From an uncultured bacterium (lineage in GTDB: Bacteria; Acidobacteriota; Thermoanaerobaculia; Multivoradales; JAHZIX01): DNA of 64,000 bases. The stretch is taken from positions 192,001 through 256,000 of the forward strand of contig CBDUPA010000007.1 of NCBI GenBank assembly GCA_965368975.1, in the 5' to 3' direction. Shown here piece after piece: positions 39,526-49,532 of the stretch (positions are counted from its first letter, which is position 1; each line of letters opens with the position of its first letter). Under the pieces are notes generated by a model. That model did no database searches and had not been told where the DNA came from. It worked only from the letters and a program-made list of their open reading frames with translations. The position numbers and the translations under genes were made by a program.

Positions 39526-41964
39526 ATGCATGGTTGGACCGTCGACATCCGCAGTGCCGTGCGCGCCTTGCGCAAGAATCCCGAAATTTACGGCGTCGCG
39601 ATCTTCGCCATGGCGCTGGCGATCGGAGCTACGAGTACCGTGTTCAGCGTCGTCGATGGGGTAGTGCTGCATCCGCTGCCCTACGACGACGCTGACCGTC
39701 TGGTCGCCGTGTGGCAGATCGATCCGGCCCACCCGGATACCTGGGTGCAGACATCGGCCGGTAATTTCGCCGACTGGCGAAATCTGAACAGCTCTTTGGA
39801 AACCACCGCCGCGGCGGTCAACGCGTCGGTCACCTTCACGGACTTCGAAGATCCGGAGACTCCTTTGGTGCGCCGGGTCAGTCACGACTACTTCGATGTG
39901 CTGGGTATCCAGCCGGCCCTCGGGCGCGGTTTTGCGGCGGACGAAGATCGGGCTGGTGGGCCGGCGGTGACCGTGCTCAGCCATGAACTCTGGCAGCGTC
40001 GTTTCGCTGGCGATCCTGACGTCCTGGGGCGCACGATCGGCCTCGACGGTGTGCCGCACGAGATCGTCGGCGTCATGCCGGCGGATTTCGTCGCCACCTT
40101 CATTGGCTTGGCCGAGACGCCCAAGTTGTGGCTGCCGCTGGCCGACCCTGCGAGTGGCCTCGACCGCGGGCGCCGCCGCTACGTGGTGGTGGCCCGGCTG
40201 CGCGACGGTGTCAGCGTCGAGCAGGCGCGCGATGACCTGCAGGGGGTGTCCCTCGCCCTGCGCGAGCAGTACCCCGAGCAGCTGGCACAGGTCGAGGCCT
40301 TGGTGACGCCGCTGGCCGAGCGCTCGATTCGCCAGGTTCGGCCAGCCTTGCTACTGCTTTTCGCCGCGGTGGCCTGCGTGCTCTTGGTGGCCGGGGGCAA
40401 TGTCGCCAACCTACTGCTCTCCCGGACGCTGGAACGTCGCCGCGAACTGGCGCTGCGCCGGGCCCTGGGAGCACGCGCCGGGCGCATTCTGCGTCAGTTG
40501 ACCGTCGAGAGCCTGGTGTTGACGCTGCTGTGCGCCGGCCTGGGCTTGCTGCTGGCGGCCTGGGGCACCGGTACCGTCAACTTGTTGGTGCCGGCCGGTG
40601 GTTTCAACATGCCGGACCTCGACACCGGTGTCAGTGCACGAGTGCTGCTCTTCACTCTCGGCCTGGCACTGCTCACCGGTCTCGTCTTCGGCGCTGTACC
40701 GGCCACCTACGCCCTGCGCTTGCGCCTCGACGACGCGCTCAGTGCCGGTGCGGTGCGCTCGGTGGGGGAGCGGCGCAGCCGGCGACTGCAGCGGGCACTG
40801 GTGGTGGCGGAAGTCGCGGTGTCGCTGATGTTGCTGATCGGTGCCGGGCTGATGGTGCGTAGCTTCGCCTCGCTGCAGCAACTGGATCCAGGCTTCGACG
40901 CCGACAACCTGCTGACCTTTCGCGTCTCGACGCGCGGGCCCGAGTACGGAACGCCCGAGGCGCGCGAGGCGTTTTTCCGCCAGGTCAACGAGCGAATTCG
41001 CGAGCAGTCGGGGGTGGTAGCCAGCGGCGCGTCGCAGGCGTTGCCCTTCTTTCCGCAGTTCGCCACGCTGCCGGCAAGCGTCGATTCGGCGCCGTCCGAG
41101 CCGGGGCATGAGCCACGGGTGGCGGTACGACGTAGCACGCCGGACTATCTGTCGACACTACGGGTGCCGCTGCTGCGGGGGCGTACCCTCGAGGCCATGG
41201 ACACAATGGCCAGCCCCGCTGTCGCCGTCATCAGCCGCACAGCGGCGGTCGAGCTGTGGGGGCAGCGGGACCCTCTCGGCGACAGCCTGACGCTGATCGA
41301 TGCTTCCCCGGGCGGCCGTTCGCTGCGCGTCGTCGGCATCGTCGGCGACACGCGCAGCGACGGTGTGCCGCCGGAGCCGCAGCCCGTGGTCTACATCCCG
41401 CTGGCCCAAGACGCGGCGCCGGTTACCAGTATGGGGTATGCGGTGCGCACCAGCGGCTATCCTCTGAGCTACCTGCCCGCGGTCCAGCGTGCGGTGGCGC
41501 GCGTCGACCGCGGTATGCCGGTCTACCTGGTGGCTTCGATGGACCAGGTGATCGAGCGCATGGACTGGCGCTCGCGTCTGACCATGGTGCTGCTCGCTAG
41601 CTTCGCCTTCCTCGCCTTGGTGCTGGCAGCCACCGGCATGTATGCCGTGCTCTCCTACACGGTGTCGCGACGCACCCGAGAGATCGGTATTCGCATGGCT
41701 CTGGGCGCTCACCGCGACGACGTCGTTGCCCTGGTGCTGCGTGGTGCCGGCAAGCTGGCTGTGTTCGGTATCGGCTTGGGGCTGGCCGGGGCCGTGGCAC
41801 TGTCGCGCTTCCTGAGTAGCCAACTCTACGGAATCAGTGCCACCGATCCAGCGACTTACGGTGCGCTGGCTGGCTTGTTGGCGGGGGTCGTGCTTCTTGC
41901 TGGTTTCGTGCCCGCACGCCGGGCGACGCACGTCGATCCGGTGACCGCGTTGCAGCAGGATTGA
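39526..41964 (+). CDS. ADOP-type duplicated MacB/FtsX ABC permease
   Basis: Two MacB_PCD-FtsX halves; ANLLLSR...RELALRRALGA and RTREIGIRMALGA; ends RRATHVDPVTAL. Confidence 0.9.
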   Translation: MHGWTVDIRSAVRALRKNPEIYGVAIFAMALAIGATSTVFSVVDGVVLHPLPYDDADRLVAVWQIDPAHPDTWVQTSAGNFADWRNLNSSLETTAAAVNASVTFTDFEDPETPLVRRVSHDYFDVLGIQPALGRGFAADEDRAGGPAVTVLSHELWQRRFAGDPDVLGRTIGLDGVPHEIVGVMPADFVATFIGLAETPKLWLPLADPASGLDRGRRRYVVVARLRDGVSVEQARDDLQGVSLALREQYPEQLAQVEALVTPLAERSIRQVRPALLLLFAAVACVLLVAGGNVANLLLSRTLERRRELALRRALGARAGRILRQLTVESLVLTLLCAGLGLLLAAWGTGTVNLLVPAGGFNMPDLDTGVSARVLLFTLGLALLTGLVFGAVPATYALRLRLDDALSAGAVRSVGERRSRRLQRALVVAEVAVSLMLLIGAGLMVRSFASLQQLDPGFDADNLLTFRVSTRGPEYGTPEAREAFFRQVNERIREQSGVVASGASQALPFFPQFATLPASVDSAPSEPGHEPRVAVRRSTPDYLSTLRVPLLRGRTLEAMDTMASPAVAVISRTAAVELWGQRDPLGDSLTLIDASPGGRSLRVVGIVGDTRSDGVPPEPQPVVYIPLAQDAAPVTSMGYAVRTSGYPLSYLPAVQRAVARVDRGMPVYLVASMDQVIERMDWRSRLTMVLLASFAFLALVLAATGMYAVLSYTVSRRTREIGIRMALGAHRDDVVALVLRGAGKLAVFGIGLGLAGAVALSRFLSSQLYGISATDPATYGALAGLLAGVVLLAGFVPARRATHVDPVTALQQD

Positions 41965-42152
41965 CGCGCTCTACAGGGATGTCTCGTCGACGCGGATAGC
42001 TGACGCTTTCCTGACGCTACCTGCCTACCCTGGGTCGGGCTGGTGCACAGTTTTCGATCCTGTTGCTGATGAAGCTCTGGCCGCAACAGCCTTACAAAGG
42101 CGATCCTCCTGAGGCAGCACCTACCGAGACACAAGAAGGAAACAGCGATCAA

Positions 42153-43340
42153 ATGAGCATACGAGTCTTGACAGGTGTGGGCCAGGGAACCGCTAGCCAG
42201 GTGACGGAGACGATTCTCCGCGAAGTGCGTTCTGAGCTGGCGGAGGCCCCGGCGCTGTTGGCTGTTTTTGCTTCGACCCAGCAACCGCTGACGGAACTTG
42301 TGCCACCCTTGGCAGAGGCCTTCGCGGACACGGTTGTTCTGGGTGCTTCGACCGCTGGCGAGTTCACGGAGAAGGGTGACGTCAAGGGAGGTGTCACCTA
42401 TCTGGCGCTGTCTGGAGATCTCCGGGTGCACGCGGGCCTGGGGACAGATCTGCAAGCTGAACCCATGAAGGCGGTCGCGGAGGCCCGGGCAGATCAGCCG
42501 GAAGTGGTCGAAGGTTTTCCGCACCGCACCGGCATCCTGCTGCTCGATCCGCTGGCGGGGAACGGAGAGGAGACTGTTCTCAGCATGGCGTTGGCGCTGG
42601 GCCCGAGTTTCTCCCTGGCCGGCGGTGCCGCTGGCGACGACTTGCACATGGCTGCCACGCAGGTGGCCCTGGGTAACCGGGTCGCGTCCGACGCGCTGGT
42701 ATTGGCAACCGTCTTCTCGCGGACGCCTCTTGGCATCGGCGTCTGTCATGGTCATCGGCCGTTGTCGGGACCGCTGACCGTGACGCGAGCCGAAGGGAGC
42801 GTCGTTTACGAGGTCGAGGGGCGTCCGGCCTGGGACGTTTGGCGCGAGGAAACTCGGGAGGACGCCAAGAGTCAGGGTCTCAGCCTGGAAGGCACGAGCA
42901 CCGAAGAGGAGAACGCCTTTCTGCTGCGCTACGAAGCTGGCCTGGCAGTGGGCGAGGAGTACAAGGTGCGGGCGCCCCTCTCGCGCGACGACGATGGTTC
43001 CATCCACTTCGCGACGGGCGTACCCGAGGGTTCAGTCATCCAGATCACCCGAAGCTCCACGGACTTGCAAGTCGAGAGCGCTCGCCGTGCAGCGCGTGCC
43101 GCCCGCGAGGAACTCGGGGGCCGTCCAGTTGCCGGAGCGCTGGTCTTCGATTGTATTTGCCGCAACCTGATCTTGGGGCCCCGCTTTGGCGAAGCCGTCC
43201 GCGGTATGTCCGAAGAACTGGGGGGTGCGCCGCTGGCGGGTTTCGAAACCTATGGTGAGATCGCGCTCGCGGCCGGGGATCTGTCCGGCTTCCACAACAC
43301 GACGACCGTAGTGCTCGCTTTTCCTGGCGAGGATGAGTGA
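42153..43340 (+). CDS. FIST-domain sensory protein
   Basis: GASTAGEF, LAGGAAGDD, FDCICR and GFETYGEI...FHNTT motifs. Confidence 0.9.
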   Translation: MSIRVLTGVGQGTASQVTETILREVRSELAEAPALLAVFASTQQPLTELVPPLAEAFADTVVLGASTAGEFTEKGDVKGGVTYLALSGDLRVHAGLGTDLQAEPMKAVAEARADQPEVVEGFPHRTGILLLDPLAGNGEETVLSMALALGPSFSLAGGAAGDDLHMAATQVALGNRVASDALVLATVFSRTPLGIGVCHGHRPLSGPLTVTRAEGSVVYEVEGRPAWDVWREETREDAKSQGLSLEGTSTEEENAFLLRYEAGLAVGEEYKVRAPLSRDDDGSIHFATGVPEGSVIQITRSSTDLQVESARRAARAAREELGGRPVAGALVFDCICRNLILGPRFGEAVRGMSEELGGAPLAGFETYGEIALAAGDLSGFHNTTTVVLAFPGEDE

Positions 43341-43641
43341 GATCGAGCGACCAGATGCAAGATCCTGGTCCTGGACCAACGAGGAGTTGACCGTGGGTGA
43401 GAACCACAGCCGTGAGAGCCTGATCGCTATGCTCGCCAGTGCCTTGGGACAGGCCAAGGCCACAGACCTCATCGATACTGCCGCCCGCAAGCTGGCGCTG
43501 TCCTCGGAGCCCTACGATCACAACCAGGCGATCACCTTGCTCACTGAGATCGGCGAGGCGCCCGGCCTCGTTGGAGTGACGGCGAGCCTCGCTTCGAGTC
43601 GCCTTTACTTCTCTCGCAGCTTGACCCGCATGGCATCCTGA
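43333..43641 (+). CDS. Small hypothetical protein coupled to the FIST gene
   Basis: Overlaps the FIST stop; alternative GTG start at 43393 with GAGGAG RBS. Confidence 0.6.
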   Translation: MSEIERPDARSWSWTNEELTVGENHSRESLIAMLASALGQAKATDLIDTAARKLALSSEPYDHNQAITLLTEIGEAPGLVGVTASLASSRLYFSRSLTRMAS

Positions 43642-43860
43642 TCCGTCCACAGACCTCATTCTTCGTCCACCCCCGGCCGCGGGCGACTCCCCCCCCCCCA
43701 CGGCCGTAGCCGGGGGCAGGACGGTTTTTCTCATCCCGTCTCTAGTCTTGGCCTTGGGCTTGGGGCTGGCGGACTTCCTCGGGCCCGGTTATCTGGAACC
43801 AGGGTGACGGTGCTGGAGCGACGCTCTGGAGAAATACTCTCGCCGAGGTAGCGCTCTGTC

Positions 43861-45555
43861 TCACATCCGGCTGTAGCTCGGACCGCCGCCACCCTCCGGG
43901 GTAACCCAGTCGATGATCTGGTACGGGTCCATGATGTCGCAGGTCTTGCAGTGGACGCAGTTCGAGGCGTTGATCTGGAGTCGCTGCTTGGGGCCATCCT
44001 CGACCATCTCGTAGACCGCGGCGGGGCAGAAATACTGGCACGGGTTGCCGTACTCGACGGTGCACTGGTCGACGCAGATGTTGGTGTCGCGCACCTTGAG
44101 ATGAACGGGCTGGTCTTCGTCGTGGGAGGTGCCGGAATTGTAGATGTCGGCCAGCTTGTCGAAGGTCAGCTCACCGTCGAAGCTCATGCGTTCGCGCTCC
44201 TCAAGGGCCTGACCCGCGGGCGTATCCAGCTTGGCCATGCGGCTGTGGCCGGGCTCGGTGTGCAGGCGGTCGAACAGGCCCCAACCGCGGCCGGCGGTGA
44301 GGGTGCTCAGAGCTGCGTTGGCCATGCCCGCCCACAGTCCCTTGTCGAAGGCCTGGTGGAAGTTGCGCACACCGTACATCTCGCGCTTGACCCAGCTGCG
44401 CTCGATCAACTGCTCGTAGCGCGCCAGCTGGGCGGCGGTGATCTCGCCGTCGCCGCTTTCCTTGAGTGCCTCGAAGATGGTGTCAGCGGCCAGCATGCCG
44501 GACTTCATTGCCAGGTGAATGCCCTTCAGACGCTGGCCGTTGAGGAAGCCGCCGCTGTCGCCGCAGAGCAGGAAGCCGTCACCCCACAGCTTGGGCATCG
44601 ACCACCAGCCGCCTTCCGGGATCGCCTTGGCGCCGTAGAAGGCCATCTTGCCGCCTTCGAGGAGCTGGCGGATGCGCGGGTGGGTCTTGAAGCGTTGGAA
44701 TTCTTCGTGCGGGTCGAGGCGCGGATTCTCGTAGTCCAGGCCGATGACCAGGCCGATGATCAGCTGGTCGTCCTTCATGCCGTAGATGAAGCCGCCGCCG
44801 AAGACGTCGGTACCGAGCGGCCAGTGGACGGTGTGGATGACGTCGCCGGCCTGGACGCGTCCTTCCGGCAGCTCCCAGACTTCCTTGATGCCGATGGCGT
44901 AGACCTGTGGATTCTTCCCCTCGGACAGGCCCAACTCGCCGTCGAGCTGCTTGGCCAGCGTGCCGCGTGGCCCCTCGCCGAGCACCGTGACGCGGGCGTG
45001 AATGTCGGCGCCGGGTTCGTAGTTGGCCTTCTTCTCACCTTCCTTGGAGATGCCGCGGTCTCCGGTACGCACGCCGATAACGCGGCCGTTCTCGAGCAGC
45101 GCCTGCGCGGCCGGGAACTCACAGAACACCTCGACGCCGACTTCCTCCAACTTGGGCTCGAACCACTTGAGCAGCCGGCCGAGGGAGACGACGTACTTGC
45201 CGTGATTGTCCATCGGTGGCGGTACCGGCATCGGGAAGGCCTTGTCCTCGGTCAGCCACCACATCTGGTCGTTCTCGACTTTGCCCTCGAACGGTGCGTC
45301 TTCCCAGTCGTGCGGGAACAGCTCACGCAAGGTGCGCGGATCGAGCACGGCGCCGGAGAAGGCGTGTGCGCCGATGTCTTTACCCTTCTCGAGAATCGCG
45401 ATCTCGACCTCGATCGGTTCGCCGTCGATCTTGCCCGCTTGTACCAGTTCGTTGTGCTGTTGGATGCGGCGGCCGAGATGGTAGGCACCGGCCATGTTGG
45501 CTGGACCGGCGCCGATGAAAACGACGTCTAGGGGCAGGACTTCACGCTCGCTCAT
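43861..45555 (-). CDS. Electron transfer flavoprotein-ubiquinone oxidoreductase
   Basis: FAD motif IGAGPA, KGIHLAMKSG, C-terminal 4Fe-4S CPAAVYE...NCVHCKTCDI...PEGGGGPSY. Confidence 0.93.
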   Translation of the reverse strand: MSEREVLPLDVVFIGAGPANMAGAYHLGRRIQQHNELVQAGKIDGEPIEVEIAILEKGKDIGAHAFSGAVLDPRTLRELFPHDWEDAPFEGKVENDQMWWLTEDKAFPMPVPPPMDNHGKYVVSLGRLLKWFEPKLEEVGVEVFCEFPAAQALLENGRVIGVRTGDRGISKEGEKKANYEPGADIHARVTVLGEGPRGTLAKQLDGELGLSEGKNPQVYAIGIKEVWELPEGRVQAGDVIHTVHWPLGTDVFGGGFIYGMKDDQLIIGLVIGLDYENPRLDPHEEFQRFKTHPRIRQLLEGGKMAFYGAKAIPEGGWWSMPKLWGDGFLLCGDSGGFLNGQRLKGIHLAMKSGMLAADTIFEALKESGDGEITAAQLARYEQLIERSWVKREMYGVRNFHQAFDKGLWAGMANAALSTLTAGRGWGLFDRLHTEPGHSRMAKLDTPAGQALEERERMSFDGELTFDKLADIYNSGTSHDEDQPVHLKVRDTNICVDQCTVEYGNPCQYFCPAAVYEMVEDGPKQRLQINASNCVHCKTCDIMDPYQIIDWVTPEGGGGPSYSRM

Positions 45556-45702
45556 GGGGGCTCTCTCCTTCGCCAGCTAGCCAACTGGCCTCCGCGGGAC
45601 ACCGGACGTGTTGTAGTGGAAATTAGGGCCCGGAAGCCGAGTTCCGGGGCGTCAGCTTACCATGACGTCTCGGCTTGGATGGCGTGCTAAGCTGCGCCGA
45701 TC

Positions 45703-46683
45703 GTGGCCCTCGCCGAACGTCCCGAACCCGTAGCGAATCTCTCCATCTGGCGCACCCTGCGCTACCGGCTGGAGTATGGCTTGTACCTGGCCGTGCGTGC
45801 TCTGTTGCGCTGTCTGCCACACCGCTGGGTGAGGCGTTGTGGCCGTGTTTTTGGCTCGTTCGCGCACCGGGTGGCCGGCCGCGATCGGCGGCGTGCGATC
45901 GACAACCTGGCACGCGTGCTGCCCGAGCTCCCGCCGCAAGAGCGAGCGGAATTGGCGCGCCAGAGCTTCCGTAACCTCGGGGCGGCCGTGTTCGACACCT
46001 TGTCGGTGCACCGCTTCGACGCGGAACAGCTGGCAGGGCGGGTGGAGGTGCGGGGCTGGGAGCACGTCGAGGCCGCGCTGGCCGCTGGTCGGGGTGCTTT
46101 CCTGCTGAGTGCTCACCTCGGCGCCTGGGAAGTGCCAGCGTACGCCGCGGCGCTGCGCGGCAAGAAGATCTCGCTGGTCAGCAACACCATGCAGAACCCG
46201 CGTTTCGACCGCGAATTGCGCCGTCTGCGGGCTCGCCTCGGTGTCGGCATCATCGACAAGCGGGGGGCGTCACGCAAGATGTACCGTCAGCTGATCAGCG
46301 GCGGCCTGGTCGGCATCGCCATGGACCAGCGTGTGCCCGAGGACGACGCCATTCACACCCAGTTCCTGGGGCAGAGATCGTTGATCAGTCCGCTGCCGGC
46401 CTACCTGTGTTTGTGGACGGGTGCTGCCGGTGTGCCGACCTTCGCGGTGCCGGATGGTGACGGGTACACGGTGACCTTCGAGGCCCCGATCCTGCCGCCG
46501 GCCGACGCCGAACTCGGTCCGCGGCAAGAGCCGGAGGCGATTGCGGCGTTCACGCGCTGGCTGGTCGAGCCGGTAGAGCGACGGATCCTGGAGCATCCGG
46601 AAGCCTGGATCTGGTTGTACCGCCGCTGGAAGCCAACGGATAGCGAGCCGCACGCGGCTCGCTCTTCGTTGGCTTCGATGTAG
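45703..46683 (+). CDS. Lipid A late acyltransferase (LpxL/HtrB family)
   Basis: AHLGAWE (HxxxxE), MDQ, and C-terminal HPEAWIWLYRRWK. Confidence 0.85.
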   Translation: MALAERPEPVANLSIWRTLRYRLEYGLYLAVRALLRCLPHRWVRRCGRVFGSFAHRVAGRDRRRAIDNLARVLPELPPQERAELARQSFRNLGAAVFDTLSVHRFDAEQLAGRVEVRGWEHVEAALAAGRGAFLLSAHLGAWEVPAYAAALRGKKISLVSNTMQNPRFDRELRRLRARLGVGIIDKRGASRKMYRQLISGGLVGIAMDQRVPEDDAIHTQFLGQRSLISPLPAYLCLWTGAAGVPTFAVPDGDGYTVTFEAPILPPADAELGPRQEPEAIAAFTRWLVEPVERRILEHPEAWIWLYRRWKPTDSEPHAARSSLASM

Positions 46684-46760
46684 CTGTCGCGCGCTCCGCG
46701 CGCGGTGGCACCGGATCGCGAGCCGCCCGCGGCTGGCTCTTCGTTGGCTTGGATGTAGCT
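46637..46760. repeat. ~49-bp direct repeat, two copies, period 75 nt
   Basis: cggatagcgagccgcacgcggctcgctcttcgttggcttcgatgtagct vs cggatcgcgagccgcccgcggctggctcttcgttggcttggatgtagct. Confidence 0.85.
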
Positions 46761-46852
46761 TGTTGGGCTCCGCGCGCGCTTGACGAAATACGGTGCGACT
46801 GCTGTAATCCCAGGGCAACAAGTCACCACCCACCGCTCGCTCTATCTCACTC

Positions 46853-48397
46853 ATGCAAAAGGCTACTCTGATCGGCACCCTGACGCTCCTGCCGTCACGT
46901 GATGGTGCCGAATTGACGCAGCTGCCGCCGCAGCTGGACTGGTTGGAAGTGCGTGCCGACCGAGTCGGCGAGCCGGACGTCTCCATGCTGCGGCGTCACT
47001 TCGCGGGCAAGCTGGTCTACACCCTACGCAGCCGTGCCGAGGGCGGTGGTTTCGCGGGTGACGCCGAGCAGCGCGCACGTCACCTTCGCACCGCGGCGCA
47101 AGAGTACGACTATGTCGACCTGGAAGCTCAGCGCGACCTGGCTCCTGAGGTGCTGGAGGCGGTGCCGGCGCAGAAGCGTCTCCTCTCCTGGCACGGCCCA
47201 CCGTCGACCCTGGCCGAGCTGACCGCTCGCTTCGAACGGATGGCGGCCACCGAGGCGGCTTGGTACAAGCTGATTCCCGAGGCGCGCCGTCCCGGTGACG
47301 AGTTGGCGCCTCTGCTGCTGCTCCACGCCCTGGGGCGCCGCGACGTCGTCTCCTTTGCCAGCGGCGAGCACGGAACCTGGACCCGCCTGCTAGCGCCGCG
47401 CTTGGGAGGGCCGCTGGTCTATGCCGCGATCCAGACGGACGCCATCCAGGGTGAGCCGGGGGCGCCCGGGCAACTTGAATTGCAGCGCCTGGTGAACGAC
47501 TACGGCTTGCCGGATCTGCCGCCGGTCTCGGCTTTGTGCGGGATTGTCGGTGACCCGGTGCGCCACTCTCTGTCGCCGCGTCTGCACAACGCCGCATACC
47601 GGGCTCTGGACCTGCCCTTTCTTTACCTGCCCTTCGGTACCGATTCCTTTGCCGACTTCTGGCTCGGTGTGGTCGAGAACGACAACCTGAGCGCCATCGG
47701 CTACCCGTTGCGCGGCCTGAGTGTCACGGCGCCCTACAAGGACATCGCGCTGGCGATCTCGGGGGCCTCCAGTCCGTTGGCCGAGCGCATCGGTGCTGCC
47801 AACACGCTGGTGCTGCACGAAGGCGTCTGGGAGGCCGAGTCCACCGACCCGGCCGGAGTCGTCGAGCCTCTGCGTGCACGTGGCGTCGAGCTGCAGGGGC
47901 GACGCGCGGCCGTCGTTGGCTGTGGTGGTGCTGGTCGCTCGGCTGCCATCGGGCTGGCGCTCGCCGGTGTCCGAGTGACGCTGAGCAACAGGAGTCGGCG
48001 ACGCGGCGAAGAGGCTTCCCAGGCTCTCGGCCTGCCCTTCGTGCCGCTCGACGATCTGGCGGTTCGCCTGGCCGAGGACTTCGACATCTTGGTCAATGCC
48101 ACGTCGCTGGGTCGCTCGGACGACGATCCGCTGCCTTTCGACGTCGAAGCCTTGCCCACCGAGCGTGCGCCGATCCTCGTCGACCTGGTCTACCGCCGAC
48201 GTCCAACCCCCCTGGTCGAAGCTTGCCGTCGTCGTGGCCTAGGCATTGTCGACGGTCGAGAGGTCTTGCTCTTCCAGGCGGTCGACCAGTTCCGCTGGAT
48301 GATCGGCCACGACCTGCCTCTGGACATCGCCCGCCAACAACTCGGCTTGCTTGCAGACTCACCAGCTCCACCTGACTCACCAGCTCTACCAGACTGA
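46853..48397 (+). CDS. Bifunctional type I 3-dehydroquinate dehydratase / shikimate dehydrogenase (AroD-AroE fusion)
   Basis: LEVRAD, TLRSRAEGG and APGQ (AroD); HSLSPRLHN, SVTAPYK, ANT, GCGGAG and NATSLG (AroE). Confidence 0.9.
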   Translation: MQKATLIGTLTLLPSRDGAELTQLPPQLDWLEVRADRVGEPDVSMLRRHFAGKLVYTLRSRAEGGGFAGDAEQRARHLRTAAQEYDYVDLEAQRDLAPEVLEAVPAQKRLLSWHGPPSTLAELTARFERMAATEAAWYKLIPEARRPGDELAPLLLLHALGRRDVVSFASGEHGTWTRLLAPRLGGPLVYAAIQTDAIQGEPGAPGQLELQRLVNDYGLPDLPPVSALCGIVGDPVRHSLSPRLHNAAYRALDLPFLYLPFGTDSFADFWLGVVENDNLSAIGYPLRGLSVTAPYKDIALAISGASSPLAERIGAANTLVLHEGVWEAESTDPAGVVEPLRARGVELQGRRAAVVGCGGAGRSAAIGLALAGVRVTLSNRSRRRGEEASQALGLPFVPLDDLAVRLAEDFDILVNATSLGRSDDDPLPFDVEALPTERAPILVDLVYRRRPTPLVEACRRRGLGIVDGREVLLFQAVDQFRWMIGHDLPLDIARQQLGLLADSPAPPDSPALPD

Positions 48398-48452
48398 TGC
48401 CGCGTCAACCCGACTCGTCAGTCTGATTCGTCGAATCGCTACCGGAGACCTC

Positions 48453-49484
48453 GTGCCCCACCGGAAAAAGAAACGCTCGATCCCCCGCTACGCCGCCCGC
48501 GTCCTCGATGCAGGCTTCGATCAGACTAGCTTCGTCGATGAAGTGCGCCAAGGTCTGACCGCCTCTCCCAAAGCTCTGTCACCGAAGTTCCTGTACGACG
48601 AGCTCGGCTCCCAGCTCTTCGACGCGATCTGCCTGCTGCCCGAGTACTATCCCACGCGCACTGAAAGCGTCATCCTCGCTGGCTGCGCCGACGAAATCGT
48701 CTCCTGCCTGCCGGCGCCGCTACGCATCGTCGAGTTGGGTAGTGGTAGCTCGATCAAGACGCGTCACCTGCTGGAGGCGCAGCTGCGGCGTCAAGAGACG
48801 CTGACCTACATCCCTATCGACGTTTCCGAAGCACCCATCGAGCGCAGCTCGCGCGAACTCCTGCACACCTTCAGAGGGCTGTCCGTTCAAGCCTATGTCG
48901 CTGACTACTTCGACGCGCTGGAGCACTTGGCTGTGAACCCTCCGGTCGCCACTGGAGATACCGCGGAGGTGCCACGGACGCTCGCCCTCTTCCTGGGTTC
49001 GACCATCGGTAACATGAACCACGACGAAGGCGTCGAACTACTGCGCGCCGTCCACCGCATCCTGGTTCCCGGCGATGGTCTGCTTCTCGGTGCCGATCTC
49101 AAGAAATCGCTCGACGTCCTCCTTCCCGCCTACAACGACGCCCTAGGCGTTACAGCTGCCTTCAACAAGAACCTGTTAGTCCGCTTCAATCGCGAACTCG
49201 GCGGTCACTTCGACCTCGACTGTTTCCGCCACGAGGCGCGCTGGAACGAAGCTGAGAGCCGCGTCGAGATGCACCTGGTCAGCTGCCGTGCGCACACGGT
49301 GCGCCTGGACGAACTGGATCTCGACATCAATTTTGACGAGGGCGAGAGCATCCATGCCGAGAGCAGCCACAAGTTCGACCTGGCACAGCTCCACGAGTTG
49401 GCCGCCGCGTCGGGTTTTCGGCTCGAACGTTCGTGGTTCGATCCAGATCGTCGATTCAGCGAGAACCTGCTGATCGCGGTCTAG
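48453..49484 (+). CDS. egtD: L-histidine N-alpha-methyltransferase
   Basis: PKFLYDELGSQLFDAICLLPEYYPTRTE, ELGSGS, FLGSTIGN and AYNDALGVTAAFNKNLL motifs. Confidence 0.9.
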   Translation: MPHRKKKRSIPRYAARVLDAGFDQTSFVDEVRQGLTASPKALSPKFLYDELGSQLFDAICLLPEYYPTRTESVILAGCADEIVSCLPAPLRIVELGSGSSIKTRHLLEAQLRRQETLTYIPIDVSEAPIERSSRELLHTFRGLSVQAYVADYFDALEHLAVNPPVATGDTAEVPRTLALFLGSTIGNMNHDEGVELLRAVHRILVPGDGLLLGADLKKSLDVLLPAYNDALGVTAAFNKNLLVRFNRELGGHFDLDCFRHEARWNEAESRVEMHLVSCRAHTVRLDELDLDINFDEGESIHAESSHKFDLAQLHELAAASGFRLERSWFDPDRRFSENLLIAV

Positions 49485-49489
49485 AACCT

Positions 49490-49518
49490 TTGACAGCGGC
49501 TGCAATTCTGGCTAGGAT
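49490..49518 (+). promoter_or_regulatory. Sigma70-type promoter of tRNA-His
   Basis: TTGACA-17 nt-TAGGAT, ending 14 nt upstream of the tRNA. Confidence 0.7.
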
Positions 49519-49532
49519 TCCGCTTCCTGTGT

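Noticed and set aside
43671-43732. GC hairpin with a poly-C run as a terminator or phase-variable tract
   Set aside because: The stem is imperfect and the C-run is intergenic between convergent genes; support is too weak to call.
46853-48397. AroD-AroE fusion as a novelty
   Set aside because: This fusion is already known from plants and several bacterial phyla.
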